A stretch of 63,126 nucleotides of DNA, counting the filler, from Octopus bimaculoides (lineage: Eukaryota): assembly GCF_001194135.2 (NCBI RefSeq). It is 7 parts of 7 records of this genome, joined end to end, with 100 filler letters (N's around TTAATTAATTAA, not from the genome) between each part and the next. Parts side by side here need not be neighbours in the genome. Positions count along the whole stretch, not along the records: positions 1 to 11,718 come from NC_069002.1; positions 11,819 to 19,787 come from NC_068985.1; 5 more parts are not named here. One strand, written 5' to 3'. A model generated the notes under the pieces. It worked only from the letters and a program-made list of their open reading frames with translations. It was not told the DNA's origin and did no database searches. Position numbers and translations under genes: made by a program. Shown here piece after piece: positions 1 through 14,058 of the stretch. Each line of letters begins with the position of its first letter. Position 1 is the stretch's first letter.

Positions 1-286
1 ATTCCTATCATAGTAGATGCCTTAGGTATAATAAAAAAATATTCAGACAAATACATAACAAAAACACCAGGACTTACAAATATATATAACATACAGAAAA
101 TTGCACTACTGGGTACTGCACACATTCTACGCAAAACACTTTCAATACAGTAAACATAAGAGCACCACAGCAAACCACAGCACATACCCAAGGCGCACAG
201 AGCTGCGCTCGGTAGTGAAGTGAAAGCACGTTATAAAAATAAAACTACTGAATAATAATAATAATAATGATAATGATAATAATAAT
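1..286 (+). mobile_element. 3' end of an R4/Dong-like (RLE) non-LTR retrotransposon with (AAT)n tail
   Basis: Frame 1 reads IPIIVDALGIIKKYSDKYITKTPGLTNIYNIQKIALLGTAHILRKTLSIQ* (stop 151-153), matching the C-terminus of RLE-type ORFs (PxxxGxLG...Q..LLGTAHILR). A short 3'UTR follows, then (AAT)n from 251. Confidence 0.75.
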
Positions 287-492
287 GTTCGCACGATGGT
301 ATTTTTGTACTGTTTTGTTGTTTGTTAGGAAACAATAAAGGAGTGTGTGGAGCGAAATAGTGACCGAATTTTAATTTTGGGGGAGATGGAATTTCACTTT
401 TCCAACTAATTCAATGCCTTTTAGAAAAGCATGATTGTCAGAAGTTCCCATATTTATTTCATCGTAATACCAGACCATATCCCGTGAATATT

Positions 493-690
493 AAGGCCGG
501 CGAGTTGGCGATATCAGTTGATCGTCAGATTAGAATGCTATTCATTGTTTGTTCTGGCTCTTTCAGTTTTGAGTTCAAATCCCACCAACCTCATCTTTGC
601 TATTCATTTTTTTAAGGTCGATAAAAACCAGTAAAAAAAGCTTCTCAATACTGGGTCACTTCATATAATCCCACCGCTTGTCACCCTTCA
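493..690 (+). mobile_element. SINE family B, degenerate copy
   Basis: AAGGCCGGCGAGTTGGCG head, GAGTTCAAATCC B-box-like motif and GGTCGATAAAA core, shared with many copies in the window. Confidence 0.7.
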
Positions 691-726
691 CACCTTCAGT
701 GGAGGGTACCATTTTAGGATACCATC

Positions 727-768
<42 letters not shown>

Positions 769-1716
769 NNNNNNNNNNNNNNNNNNNNNNNNNNNNNNNN
801 NNNNNNNNNNNNNNNNNNNNNNNNNNNNNNNNNNNNNNNNNNNNNNNNNNNNNNNNNNNNNNNNNNNNNNNNNNNNNNNNNNNNNNNNNNNNNNNNNNNN
901 NNNNNNNNNNNNNNNNNNNNNNNNNNNNNNNNNNNNNNNNNNNNNNNNNNNNNNNNNNNNNNNNNNNNNNNNNNNNNNNNNNNNNNNNNNNNNNNNNNNN
1001 NNNNNNNNNNNNNNNNNNNNNNNNNNNNNNNNNNNNNNNNNNNNNNNNNNNNNNNNNNNNNNNNNNNNNNNNNNNNNNNNNNNNNNNNNNNNNNNNNNNN
1101 NNNNNNNNNNNNNNNNNNNNNNNNNNNNNNNNNNNNNNNNNNNNNNNNNNNNNNNNNNNNNNNNNNNNNNNNNNNNNNNNNNNNNNNNNNNNNNNNNNNN
1201 NNNNNNNNNNNNNNNNNNNNNNNNNNNNNNNNNNNNNNNNNNNNNNNNNNNNNNNNNNNNNNNNNNNNNNNNNNNNNNNNNNNNNNNNNNNNNNNNNNNN
1301 NNNNNNNNNNNNNNNNNNNNNNNNNNNNNNNNNNNNNNNNNNNNNNNNNNNNNNNNNNNNNNNNNNNNNNNNNNNNNNNNNNNNNNNNNNNNNNNNNNNN
1401 NNNNNNNNNNNNNNNNNNNNNNNNNNNNNNNNNNNNNNNNNNNNNNNNNNNNNNNNNNNNNNNNNNNNNNNNNNNNNNNNNNNNNNNNNNNNNNNNNNNN
1501 NNNNNNNNNNNNNNNNNNNNNNNNNNNNNNNNNNNNNNNNNNNNNNNNNNNNNNNNNNNNNNNNNNNNNNNNNNNNNNNNNNNNNNNNNNNNNNNNNNNN
1601 NNNNNNNNNNNNNNNNNNNNNNNNNNNNNNNNNNNNNNNNNNNNNNNNNNNNNNNNNNNNNNNNNNNNNNNNNNNNNNNNNNNNNNNNNNNNNNNNNNNN
1701 NNNNNNNNNNNNNNNN

Positions 1717-1905
1717 AGTAAATCCTCAAAAAGAACAACAAACGCAAAAAAAAACAACGTGAGGACGTGGTACATGTGAAGTATTAGCAGACGCTCAGGG
1801 AGGGAAAGAAAGGTGGTTTAACGTTTCGAGCATGGCTCTTCTTCAGAAACAGAGGAAAGCTCAATAGAAAGGAAGACGGATGAAGAAAATCGCCAACGAT
1901 TCACA
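1717..1905. mobile_element. Short (TA)n-associated repeat with ACGTTTCGA core, Penelope-like terminal-repeat type
   Basis: GACGCTCAGGG...AACGTTTCGAGCATGGCTCTTCTTCAGAAA is homologous to 26173-26360 and borders a TA-flanked gap. The Penelope link is inferred. Confidence 0.45.
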
Positions 1906-1999
1906 TGTCGTTTAACAAACGATGGATAATTGTCAGCTCATTACCCTACTCGGTGCATATCTTTTCAAGTACCAGATTCCATCTGAATCCTTATTTTAT

Positions 2000-2031
<32 letters not shown>

Positions 2032-3089
2032 CATACATACATGCATACACGCATACATACACGCATACATACATACATACATACATACACGCATACACAT
2101 TAATTCCATACGTTTCCTGTCGAGTTCGATTTTCCTCATTTTCCCTCCAGCGTGATAAACCATATTTCAGTTCTGCCGACACATTTTAAGAACGTGTAAA
2201 TTCTGTTCTATACCTCAAACCTATCACATGGAAGCTATCACATTATTCAGTGCAATATTTACTTGTCATATTTGATATTTCCAAAACTGACCAATATCAC
2301 AACATCGATAATACTGCATTCTCCAGGAATCAATTTATTCCTGTTTTCTCATAAATTTTTACACTTGTTTACTTGCTCCGAAACCATTGGTGGGTTTTGT
2401 ATGAAAACTTCACACCTTGGCGAGAACTTACACAACAATTGTTGTCGGTCTAAAGATCCGTTCGCCCATTTCTGATTCCAATCAGGTGTTAGCTTGTCAT
2501 TTCAACTTGTTTCATTTTAATGTGCAGTCTTGAGGTTCGGTTCTTTCTTGCTTGTTGCTCATGTTGTGGTTGTCGTTCTTGTTGTTGTTGATTCTTCTTA
2601 TATTTCGGCGCTGTATCATTTTTGATTTCACCTTGTTTGGTATTCAAATTAAACTTTGGCACACACGCATATACACACACACACACGCGCGCGCATTTAT
2701 AAGCATTTATACATTTATAGACGCGTTCGTATATGTATAAACACACACATATATGTGTACATATATATACATACGTGTGTGTATGTTTGTGTGTGTGTGC
2801 GGGCGTGTGCGTGTAACGATTTATTGAGCAGAAAACTGGACGGAATAGTAATCGTAGATTGCATATTGATGTAGTTTTCTGAATTCTGTTCTGATTTCGT
2901 GTTAAGAGTATTTTCCGCTGACAGTCTCCTGCGGACAGAATCCTTAACCAATCCGTATTTCTCTTAAAACTGGTCCCTTAATTTTTCATTTCCGTAAATG
3001 AATCTGCAATATGTCAGGCCCTTTTCTGCCTGCGTGTTGTCTCTTAGCCTTTGGGCTTCCAGATTTTCTCCGTCAGACAACCACAAATA

Positions 3090-3450
3090 CAATTGAATTT
3101 TTGTTTACGAACACCTCTCACATGAAAAAATCAGTTTACGAACAATTTATCGGGTAACGAACGGTCCCTCGCGTAACGAACGGTCCCTCGGATAACGAAC
3201 GGTCCCTCGGATAACAAACGGTCCTTTAGATAACGAACAAGCAAGACGGCAACAACTGTTGGTGACAAACTGGGAGTATCAGCACGATAGCGTCAGTTGC
3301 TGCTTAGCTTTCGCTCGGTGCACATCCTTGCTTCATTTCGCCGTGTCTTCTATTGACTATCCTACGGCAAAAATAGTGTCGGTTTACGAACATCTCGGGT
3401 GACGAAGGGCCTTCGGTAACGAGTTAGTTTCGTAAACCAAGGTTCCACTA
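3090..3450. mobile_element. Tigger/pogo-like MITE with internal 19-bp tandem repeats
   Basis: TA on both sides. Right TIR TTCGTAAACCAAGGTTCCACTA; degenerate left TIR CAATTGAATTTTTGTTTACGAA. About 4.5 copies of GGRTAACGAACGGTCCCTC at 3152-3238. Confidence 0.6.
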
Positions 3451-4024
3451 TATATGTATCTAAATGTTCCGAGTTCAAGTCACGCCAAATTCCCTTTGAT
3501 TTTCCTTCTTATACAATCGACTATATTCACCCCTCCCACGAAATGGGATTAAATGTCCCCTACGCGCAGGCATCTCGAGCAAGTGGCATTTATATTAGCC
3601 AGAGGTGAATATATGTATACTTCCCCACTTGTTATCCTTAGTGCAATGGCCATTTCGCACCTTCGTGATGTAATAATAATTTCAGTTTATAATAAATCAT
3701 GCGTACATGTTTGCACCAATATGCAAGCTGCGCATTGTACGATAAAATTGTATATTTACAAATCAGTGCAGATAAAGAAGCCTAGCTCATTAGAGTTGAA
3801 GCATTGGTGTGACCAGGATGTTCTGGTGATCTGATGAGCAAGCCTATTCTATTTCCATTGATTTATATATAAATGTACAAATCATTCATTTGTATGTATA
3901 TGTAAAATGTTATTGTACAATGTATTGCACGTTAATTTCACGAGCAGGCTGTTCCGTTGATCGGATCAACTGGAACCCTCGTCGTCGTAACCGACGGAGT
4001 GCCAACCACCACATGTGTATCAGA

Positions 4025-4380
4025 CAATTTTCGAACTTAGTCTCAAGACGTGTAGTGTTTTTGGTATAAATGTAGTCAATAAAATGTCAAAACTTAGTCG
4101 CAAGGCCGGAAATAGTAGGCGTAAATTCAGTTGATAAAATTTCAAATTTTTAACTTATAATCAAAACCGAAAGAATTTGGATAATTGTAGTCGATAAAAT
4201 TGACAATAATTTTAGTTCGAAACCGGAAATGTTAAAGATAACTGCCGCCAATAAAATGCCAAACACCTAGGTACAAAAACCGGAAGTGTTTGGTATAAAT
4301 GCCATATGATAAAATGCCAAATTTCTAACTTAAGCTATAGGCCAGAAGTGTCAGGTTTGATATGTACAGTCGATATAATG
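4025..4380. repeat. Diverged minisatellite, unit about 55-62 bp, about 6 units
   Basis: Recurrent (G/A)ATAAAAT near 4078, 4133, 4193, 4249, 4308 and 4372, with CTTAG and CCGGAA motifs between them. Confidence 0.6.
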
Positions 4381-4387
4381 AATCCCA

Positions 4388-4600
4388 GGTGACAGAATCG
4401 TTAGCATGCCGGACAAAACGGTTAGAACGGTCTTTATGTTCTGAGTTCAAGTTACGCTAAGGTCGACTTTGCCTTCTATTCTTTCGGAGTCGATAAAATG
4501 AATATCAGCTGAATTTGGGGATTGATGTAATCGACTGCTCCCTCCCTCGAAATTGCTGAGCTTCTGTCAAAATTTGAAAGCGATATAATGTATCCCTGTA
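4388..4600 (+). mobile_element. SINE family B
   Basis: GACAGAATCGTTAGCATGCCGG...CTGAGTTCAAG...GGTCGACTTTGCCTTCTATTCTTTCGGAGTCGATAAAA...GATGTAATCGACT. Confidence 0.8.
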
Positions 4601-5564
4601 CTTTCCTAGTTCTTGATACATTGGTCCCGGGGGGATAAAAATGAAGTCAACTTTCGTGAGGTTTGAAGTCTGTATGCATAAAAAAACACTGTTCGATACC
4701 ATTCAATGTCTTTTATTTGTACCACAACAGCTTCGTCTTCTAGCTACCAACATCTGGCTTCTTATACACTTAGCATTTCCATATACATTCTTGAAAAATA
4801 AAAGAACTAAAAGGAAAGAAAAAAAACATAATATATTTCCAAAATATATTTTTAATTCAAGAATTCAGATGCGCTGAACAGAATTTACCAAATGATCAAG
4901 AATCATAGAATTTCAACGATCATATCAACTCGCTAAAGGTAATCAAATTTTGAAAGATAATGGTAACGAATGCTTTTAGGTAATATATTTTCCTTAGCTC
5001 CAATTTTGATCCACGGTAAAATATTTCACTATGGCTTGTTCTTTAGAAAATTGGATTCTTTAAAAACACAATATATTCAAGATAACTTTTACATAACTTA
5101 AGATACAATACTGAATATTACACAATACAATTTTTAATCCAGTTTAATGACATTCTGCAAGAAAATATATATTCTTTCGAAAGGTAAAGATATATATATT
5201 TCAGCAATTTTAACACACACACGATGCACATGCATTATACACGCGCATACAAACACAAAAGCACGCACACTTGTGTAAGTTTATATATATATATATGCAT
5301 ATATAAATGTGTGCGTGTGTGTGTATGTGTACACACATATATATATATATATATATGCATATATACATGTATATTTATATTTATATGCGTGTGTGTGTAT
5401 GTATGTGTATGTGTATCTGCCAGAATTTAGAAAGCTACATACAGTATCACGCGGATGTAAGGTTATGATATAATCAAACGGCGGTGACACAAGCACACAC
5501 AAACATATGCACATATTTACAGAGGTCCATATGTACATATATGTATATACATGTGTATAAATAA

Positions 5565-5602
<38 letters not shown>

Positions 5603-6580
5603 NNNNNNNNNNNNNNNNNNNNNNNNNNNNNNNNNNNNNNNNNNNNNNNNNNNNNNNNNNNNNNNNNNNNNNNNNNNNNNNNNNNNNNNNNNNNNNNNNN
5701 NNNNNNNNNNNNNNNNNNNNNNNNNNNNNNNNNNNNNNNNNNNNNNNNNNNNNNNNNNNNNNNNNNNNNNNNNNNNNNNNNNNNNNNNNNNNNNNNNNNN
5801 NNNNNNNNNNNNNNNNNNNNNNNNNNNNNNNNNNNNNNNNNNNNNNNNNNNNNNNNNNNNNNNNNNNNNNNNNNNNNNNNNNNNNNNNNNNNNNNNNNNN
5901 NNNNNNNNNNNNNNNNNNNNNNNNNNNNNNNNNNNNNNNNNNNNNNNNNNNNNNNNNNNNNNNNNNNNNNNNNNNNNNNNNNNNNNNNNNNNNNNNNNNN
6001 NNNNNNNNNNNNNNNNNNNNNNNNNNNNNNNNNNNNNNNNNNNNNNNNNNNNNNNNNNNNNNNNNNNNNNNNNNNNNNNNNNNNNNNNNNNNNNNNNNNN
6101 NNNNNNNNNNNNNNNNNNNNNNNNNNNNNNNNNNNNNNNNNNNNNNNNNNNNNNNNNNNNNNNNNNNNNNNNNNNNNNNNNNNNNNNNNNNNNNNNNNNN
6201 NNNNNNNNNNNNNNNNNNNNNNNNNNNNNNNNNNNNNNNNNNNNNNNNNNNNNNNNNNNNNNNNNNNNNNNNNNNNNNNNNNNNNNNNNNNNNNNNNNNN
6301 NNNNNNNNNNNNNNNNNNNNNNNNNNNNNNNNNNNNNNNNNNNNNNNNNNNNNNNNNNNNNNNNNNNNNNNNNNNNNNNNNNNNNNNNNNNNNNNNNNNN
6401 NNNNNNNNNNNNNNNNNNNNNNNNNNNNNNNNNNNNNNNNNNNNNNNNNNNNNNNNNNNNNNNNNNNNNNNNNNNNNNNNNNNNNNNNNNNNNNNNNNNN
6501 NNNNNNNNNNNNNNNNNNNNNNNNNNNNNNNNNNNNNNNNNNNNNNNNNNNNNNNNNNNNNNNNNNNNNNNNNNNNNNNN

Positions 6581-6624
<44 letters not shown>

Positions 6625-7168
6625 TGTGTGTTTGCATGTGTGTTTGTTTCCACTATTGCTTGGCATCCGGTGTTGGTTTGTCTACGTTCCTGTAACCTAG
6701 AGATTCAGCAAAACAGACACATGGAATTAGTACCAGGCTTTAAAAAAATGTATTTAAAAAATAAGCATTCGTAACGATTCGTTCGACTAATATTTCTTTA
6801 AGGCGTTGCCCCCAGCATAGCCGCAGTTTAATGCCTACAACGAGTAAAAGATAAGATACATACATACAAAAATGCTGACGTGGTTGACTAAGCCGTCAGG
6901 CGAAACATTAAATATCAGTCAACAGATATCATACGATCCAATATCACCCTGCTCTCAGTATCCAACCCACATACATAAATCTTCCATCTTTATTATTAAA
7001 CCAGCTTTCAGTTTTGCAATAACAACTTCAGTTTAACATTTATGTGCATATGTAAGTACTTTCGTATATGTATTTACAAAATTTATGATTTTATTAAGGA
7101 AGTTAGATCATGGTAATGTTACAACTATGCGTGTGTGCGAGTGCGAATGCTTCTGTGCGCATCGATAC

Positions 7169-7207
<39 letters not shown>

Positions 7208-8988
7208 NNNNNNNNNNNNNNNNNNNNNNNNNNNNNNNNNNNNNNNNNNNNNNNNNNNNNNNNNNNNNNNNNNNNNNNNNNNNNNNNNNNNNNNNNNNNN
7301 NNNNNNNNNNNNNNNNNNNNNNNNNNNNNNNNNNNNNNNNNNNNNNNNNNNNNNNNNNNNNNNNNNNNNNNNNNNNNNNNNNNNNNNNNNNNNNNNNNNN
7401 NNNNNNNNNNNNNNNNNNNNNNNNNNNNNNNNNNNNNNNNNNNNNNNNNNNNNNNNNNNNNNNNNNNNNNNNNNNNNNNNNNNNNNNNNNNNNNNNNNNN
7501 NNNNNNNNNNNNNNNNNNNNNNNNNNNNNNNNNNNNNNNNNNNNNNNNNNNNNNNNNNNNNNNNNNNNNNNNNNNNNNNNNNNNNNNNNNNNNNNNNNNN
7601 NNNNNNNNNNNNNNNNNNNNNNNNNNNNNNNNNNNNNNNNNNNNNNNNNNNNNNNNNNNNNNNNNNNNNNNNNNNNNNNNNNNNNNNNNNNNNNNNNNAT
7701 ATATATATATATATACATATACACACACACGTATATATAAACATATATATGCATACACAAGCGCATACACACACAAACACACACAATGCATACATATATA
7801 TTCACATACACATACGCAGGCATTTTGTTCAGCAGTTCTTAAAGTAACATTAGCGTCATGAAGCCGACAAAAAATTTTTTTATTCAAATCTCCAACGAAA
7901 TAATTTAACGTTCAACAGAAAAACTATTAAAAATGATTATTTTAAGAAATCACTCCTTTTATTAACCTATTAAATGATTAGACGACATTTAGAATATGGC
8001 AGCCATATGTTACCGTGTATGATAGCACGTTATCAATACAGAATATTCTATTGAATAAGATTAACTAAATGCTATTAAAGAGATATGTTTTCGTAAGGTC
8101 TTGTTCTGAATATAATGTAAACAAATGAATGTTTCATATCTAAATAGCTGTGAAGGTTTTCTCTTGTTCTTTATAAATGTTAGCAGTTTTGATATGCAGA
8201 AGATATCTCTAATGCAATCTACTGCAGATGTACACTTGCATATTTAATATAGATAGCCGTACATCCATAAACACACGCACATGCGTCTATATATATATAT
8301 ATATATACATGAATGTATGTATGTATATATATATATCTATATTTACACAAACATATATAGCGTTATATGTGAACATATATATATATGTGTATATATATAT
8401 GTGTGTGTGTGTATGTTTGTTTATATATATATATATATATATATATATNNNNNNNNNNNNNNNNNNNNNNNNNNNNNNNNNNNNNNNNNNNNNNNNNNNN
8501 NNNNNNNNNNNNNNNNNNNNNNNNNNNNNNNNNNNNNNNNNNNNNNNNNNNNNNNNNNNNNNNNNNNNNNNNNNNNNNNNNNNNNNNNNNNNNNNNNNNN
8601 NNNNNNNNNNNNNNNNNNNNNNNNNNNNNNNNNNNNNNNNNNNNNNNNNNNNNNNNNNNNNNNNNNNNNNNNNNNNNNNNNNNNNNNNNNNNNNNNNNNN
8701 NNNNNNNNNNNNNNNNNNNNNNNNNNNNNNNNNNNNNNNNNNNNNNNNNNNNNNNNNNNNNNNNNNNNNNNNNNNNNNNNNNNNNNNNNNNNNNNNNNNN
8801 NNNNNNNNNNNNNNNNNNNNNNNNNNNNNNNNNNNNNNNNNNNNNNNNNNNNNNNNNNNNNNNNNNNNNNNNNNNNNNNNNNNNNNNNNNNNNNNNNNNN
8901 NNNNTATATATATATATATAATATTAATGTAAATGCATACATACATATGTAAACGTAAATTAAATAGTCGTGCATAAATGCTTATGTA

Positions 8989-9032
<44 letters not shown>

Positions 9033-9382
9033 TATATATATATATATGTATGTATATATATATGTATGCATGTATATATATATATATATGTATATACATA
9101 CATATGCATTAAGCGTAAATAACACATGCAATAAACAAAAATACACAAATTTGTTCGCGTGTTAGCATAGAACTTTACACACACATATATACACACATAT
9201 ATACACACATATATACACGTGTATAAGTTACAATGAGGAAGGTTGAAATCACAAAATATTGAATTACGATCCTATACGTTGTTCGATCAACTCCCAGAGG
9301 TATCCAGGTATTCGAAACAAATTTAAATACGATTTAATATTTACGATTAGTGAGGTGGCGAGCTGGCAGAAAAGGTTAACAC

Positions 9383-9422
<40 letters not shown>

Positions 9423-9496
9423 TTCTCTATCTGTCTCTCTATCTATCTATTTATCTATCTATCATCTATCTATCTATAAGTATAAATATATATATG

Positions 9497-9574
<78 letters not shown>

Positions 9575-9711
9575 CTCATATATATTATATATCATATACT
9601 GTACTATAATTTGATATATTACAATATGATATACTGTAATATATAATATATTATTATTAATATATATCATATTATATCTTATTATACTATATATATGTGT
9701 GTGTGTGTTTG

Positions 9712-9742
<31 letters not shown>

Positions 9743-9829
9743 CAAAGAATATATATGCATGTATACACACATATATGTACATACTTACATCTACATGTGT
9801 ATATATATGCATATCAGGGTACAGGACGT

Positions 9830-10040
9830 TAGAACAATGAACTACAGACAACGGAACGAACACATAGGAAAACGGAAAGCCACTTGGAATATTCATTCAT
9901 CAGCTACCTCTATTCTAACCCGACGTTTCGAAGATAAGGCAGAACGTACTCTAGAATGGTCTCTACCTGAGTAGTGGATCAACCCACTAAACAGAGGATT
10001 CCAAGTTGGCAAACACAAATCAAGACAGGAATATATATAT
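9830..10040. mobile_element. (TA)n-flanked repeat with CGACGTTTCGA core, Penelope-like
   Basis: CCCGACGTTTCGAAGATAAGG core, flanked by TA-rich microsatellite on both sides. Confidence 0.35.
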
Positions 10041-10329
10041 ATATATGTATGTATGTATATATATATATGTATATATATATATNNNNNNNNNNNNNNNNNN
10101 NNNNNNNNNNNNNNNNNNNNNNNNNNNNNNNNNNNNNNNNNNNNNNNNNNNNNNNNNNNNNNNNNNNNNNNNNNNNNNNNNNNNNNNNNNNNNNNNNNNN
10201 NNNNNNNNNNNNNNNNNNNGGTCTCTACCTGAGTAGTGGATCAACCCACTAAACAGAGGATTCCAAGTTGGCAAACACAAATCAAGACAGGAATATATAT
10301 ATATATATGTATGTATGTATATATATATA

Positions 10330-10564
10330 TATATGTATGTGTGTGTGAGTGTCTTTGTGTCTGTGTTTGTCCTCCACTACTGGTTGACAAACGGTGATTG
10401 TGTGTTTACGTCCCCGTAACTTAGCTGTCTTGCAAAAGAGATCAATAAAATAAGTAGCGCGCTTAATGAAACATTAATCAGTAGCGGTCAATTCATTCGA
10501 CTAAAAATTCTTCAATTCTTCCACAGCATAGCCACAATCAAAGATAAAGTAAAATAGTTAAATG

Positions 10565-10597
<33 letters not shown>

Positions 10598-10870
10598 TAT
10601 ATACAAACACGCATATATGTATGTATGTATGTATGTATGTGCGTGTGTTTGTGTCTGTATTTGTCCTCCACTACTGGTTGACAACTGGTGACGGTGTTTT
10701 TACGTTCCCGTAACTTAGCGGTTTGACAAAAGGGCCCATAGAATAAGTACCATGCTTAATGTAAAAATAATTATTGGAGAGGTCCAATCTTTCGACTCAA
10801 AATTCTTCAAGGTAGTACCCCAACATGGACGCAGCCAAATGCTCAGAAAAAAATTAAAGAGTTAATGAAA
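10330..10870 (+). mobile_element. Two tandem 3' halves of SINE family A
   Basis: GTGTCTGT(G/A)TTTGTCC...GACAA...TTTACGT...CGTAACTTAGC...CAAAAG occurs twice (about 10330-10560 and 10640-10870), each starting at a microsatellite. Confidence 0.75.
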
Positions 10871-10902
10871 GCACACACGCACACACATATTCTTTTCTAC
10901 AC

Positions 10903-11110
10903 CAGGCACAAGGCCCGAAATGTTTGAGGAGGGGGTCAGTCGATCAGATCAACCACAGTACGCATCTAGTACTTAATTTATCAGCCTCGAAACGCAAAGT
11001 TGACATCGACGGACAACTTAACCCTAATTTGAACTCAGAAAGTAAAGACAGACGAAATACTGGTAAGCATTTCGCCCGGCGTGCTACCGATTCTGCCAGC
11101 TCGCCGCCTT
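10903..11110 (-). mobile_element. SINE family B
   Basis: Reverse complement of the family B consensus, from AGGCACAAGGCCCGAAAT to GATTCTGCCAGCTCGCCGCCTT. Confidence 0.8.
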
Positions 11111-11832
11111 ACATACACACGTGTGTATTGGATTAACCAAATAGCTAAGCCTGCCTCTAACTTGTTGTACATTATGCAAAAGCGTAAGTTTCTTGACAAG
11201 CTACTTTGCTTGTTATGAGTTTACGTTTCCAAAGATTCGGGGCGAACTCTGCCGCTTAAATGTTTTTCTATCCTGATTTCATAATTATAAACAATTCGAT
11301 GAAGTCTGTGTGATCGTTGTTTTTTTGGTTTTTTTTTGAGAAAATATTCAAAATCTTATTTTAAAATCTTTTTCGGTCAATGAATTAACCAGTCATATCC
11401 ATATTCGGTTTTCTTCCTGTTTTCCGCTGTCTCATGTCATTTCCTGTTTCATCCAGTCGTCTATAATTCCGGTATTATCCTATTCAACTCTTAAAAATTT
11501 TGCGTTGTTTACAGTTCCATGGTTCCATACTTTATTCTTCTCATTGATGTTATTAAAGTTTTCCATAGTTTTTCAACGTTAAATTGTTTTTTCTCACCGA
11601 CAAAAACATTCCACACTCGCCCCAACACAAAGGTAAAACTTTTCCCTTCTCACTTGCACACAAATACATACATACACATATGTAAATGCACACATAAACA
11701 CACACACACACACACACANNNNNNNNNNNNNNNNNNNNNNNNNNNNNNNNNNNNNNNNNNNNTTAATTAATTAANNNNNNNNNNNNNNNNNNNNNNNNNN
11801 NNNNNNNNNNNNNNNNNNTATATATATATGTA

Positions 11833-11880
<48 letters not shown>

Positions 11881-12721
11881 TGTGCATGTATATATTACAA
11901 ACATATTCACACACACTTACATATCTTATAATGTATTTTATAATTGTATTACACGTTATTGTATTATATTGCCTTACAATTCCCTCTATTGTAACCATTT
12001 TTCCTTTCCGATTCACCAATAACTAACATAATACCGTCTTTCGAATTAGACGCAAGTCTAACCGAAGTTAACAATTATCAAGAGGATTATGCTGTCATTC
12101 TTGTAATTTCGTTTTATCTTTCAGAGAAACGGAGAAGAAAAAAAAACCTATCTTTAATGATATGATTGAACTCAAAATATTGTAATAGGACGTGTGGGAA
12201 TTTAAGATAAAATTTACAATAAGAAATTATGCCGCAATATATAAGATATAATCTGCATATATAATAAACTACCGATCTAACTATCGAGCGTCAAATACAA
12301 TACATATACACAATAATATATATGTTCATCTACACGCAAGCACAGATATCTATGTACTTGTGCTATTATGGGTATGCATATATTTAATACTAATATACAT
12401 AATTACCTACTTAAATACGTGCAATAAATTTCAGAGAATATATATATATATATATATATATANNNNNNNNNNNNNNNNNNNNNNNNNNNNNNNNNNNNNN
12501 NNNNNNNNNNNNNNNNNNNNNNNNNNNNNNNNNNNNNNNNNNNNNNNNNNNNNNNNNNNNNNNNNNNNNNNNNNNNNNNNNNNNNNNNNNNNNNNNNNNN
12601 NNNNNNNNNNNNNNNNNNNNNNNNNNNNNNNNNNNNNNNNNNNNNNNNNNNNNNNNNNNNNNNNNNNNNNNNNNNNNNNNNNNNNNNNNNNNNNNNNNNN
12701 NNNNNNNNNNNNNNNNNNNNN

Positions 12722-12770
<49 letters not shown>

Positions 12771-13002
12771 GATACTTACGCTCACATATACATACCTATA
12801 TCTTCATATAATTATCTACGTCGCAGTCCATCATTTTTTTTTTTTTTGGCGCTGGCATCATCTAATATAATGACTGCCATCGTTCAGAATCTTGTCAGTT
12901 CTTTTCTCACCGTATATAGTTACGATATCATGATGAAGATTAGGTACCAAATGGATAGAACGTTTCCGTATATGCGTGTATGTATCTATATATAACCTTA
13001 TA

Positions 13003-13904
13003 CGAGGGGGTAGCCAAAAGTAACCGGAATTTTGAAATGCTATATCATCCACTTCGTTGTACATATTCAGACTTAATCGCCTTCTACGTTTTCTCCATTT
13101 GAAGCAAGGCATAGGTCCAGACGCGTTTTTCACTATTCGAAGCATTGCTTTTTAACGCCACCGTCGACTTTTAATTTTTTTCTTCACCACTTCCACATTT
13201 GCAAATTACGTATCACCAGCTTATATCACTAGTGATGACCTTCTAAAAGAGATCCGGATCAACTGGTCTTTCAATTCACCACTTCCAACTGTTCTCTCAG
13301 TTCACTACACGCATTCAGTCATGACTGCTTCTGTGAGCACATGATACACAAATTTCACTGTAGTTCTTTCCATTGCACATCTTCACGCTCAATTCACTCG
13401 CAGAAGCACCAGGACCACACCAGTCATACCTATCAACAAGTTTGTCAATTTCTTAGTGACTGCCCTCCAAGATGAGTTCATATTTTTTCGTAAGATTTTC
13501 ATCCGTTCGAGAGGTTGACGGTCGTCCTGAACGATTTGGACTTCAAGCGACTAGTGACCATTCTTAAAGCGTGGAAACTACTCGTAGACTTGTGTTTTAC
13601 TCATGAAAATGTCCTTGCAAGCTGTTTGAAGTATGGCAACTGTTTTGGCCGCCATTTTCCCCAGTAAAAATAGAATTTCAAGGAAGCACGCTGTTCCTTC
13701 CTTTCAGCCATCTCAAAAATTGACGAAGGGGAAGAGGCACTGCAAAACTTAGATGCACCAGTTGGCGTCACGACCTCACAGGACGACGCCGGTCGGTAGA
13801 ACGATAACTGAATGTTGCATCACGCGGCTTCTAACGGAGACGCTGAAAATACAACGGGCTTGTCCCACGAAGAACGTTTCCGGTTACTTTTGGGTATCAT
13901 CTCG
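13003..13904 (-). mobile_element. Internally deleted mariner transposon (pseudogenised transposase)
   Basis: TA TSDs at 13001-2 and 13905-6. TIRs CGAGGGGGTAGCCAAAAGTAACCGGAA and TTCCGGTTACTTTTGGGTATCATCTCG. The minus strand from ATG 13711 gives MAERKEQRASLKF (HTH start) and later DPDLF*KVITSDISW (first catalytic Asp). The rest of the DDD core is missing and there are several stops and frameshifts. Confidence 0.9.
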
Positions 13905-14016
13905 TATGTATGCATCTTTCTTTTATCTATCTATCACATTCTCTGTTTGTATGTCTCTTTCTATCCCTCCACCCCACTCTCTCATCATATGTATAAATAT
14001 ATATATATGTGTGTGT

Positions 14017-14058
<42 letters not shown>

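Noticed and set aside
2715-3060. Minus-strand reading that looks protein-like (EKYGLVKDSVRRRLSAENTLNTKSEQ)
   Set aside because: There is an in-frame TAA just upstream, no convincing acceptor, no recognisable domain, and the frame runs into a microsatellite.
3152-3238. CRISPR-like or iteron-like short repeats
   Set aside because: These are contiguous 19-bp tandem units with no spacers, inside a TA-flanked MITE in a eukaryote.
9958-10330. Direct repeat of about 110 bp on both sides of a gap
   Set aside because: Identical sequence flanking an N run indicates unmerged overlapping contig ends.
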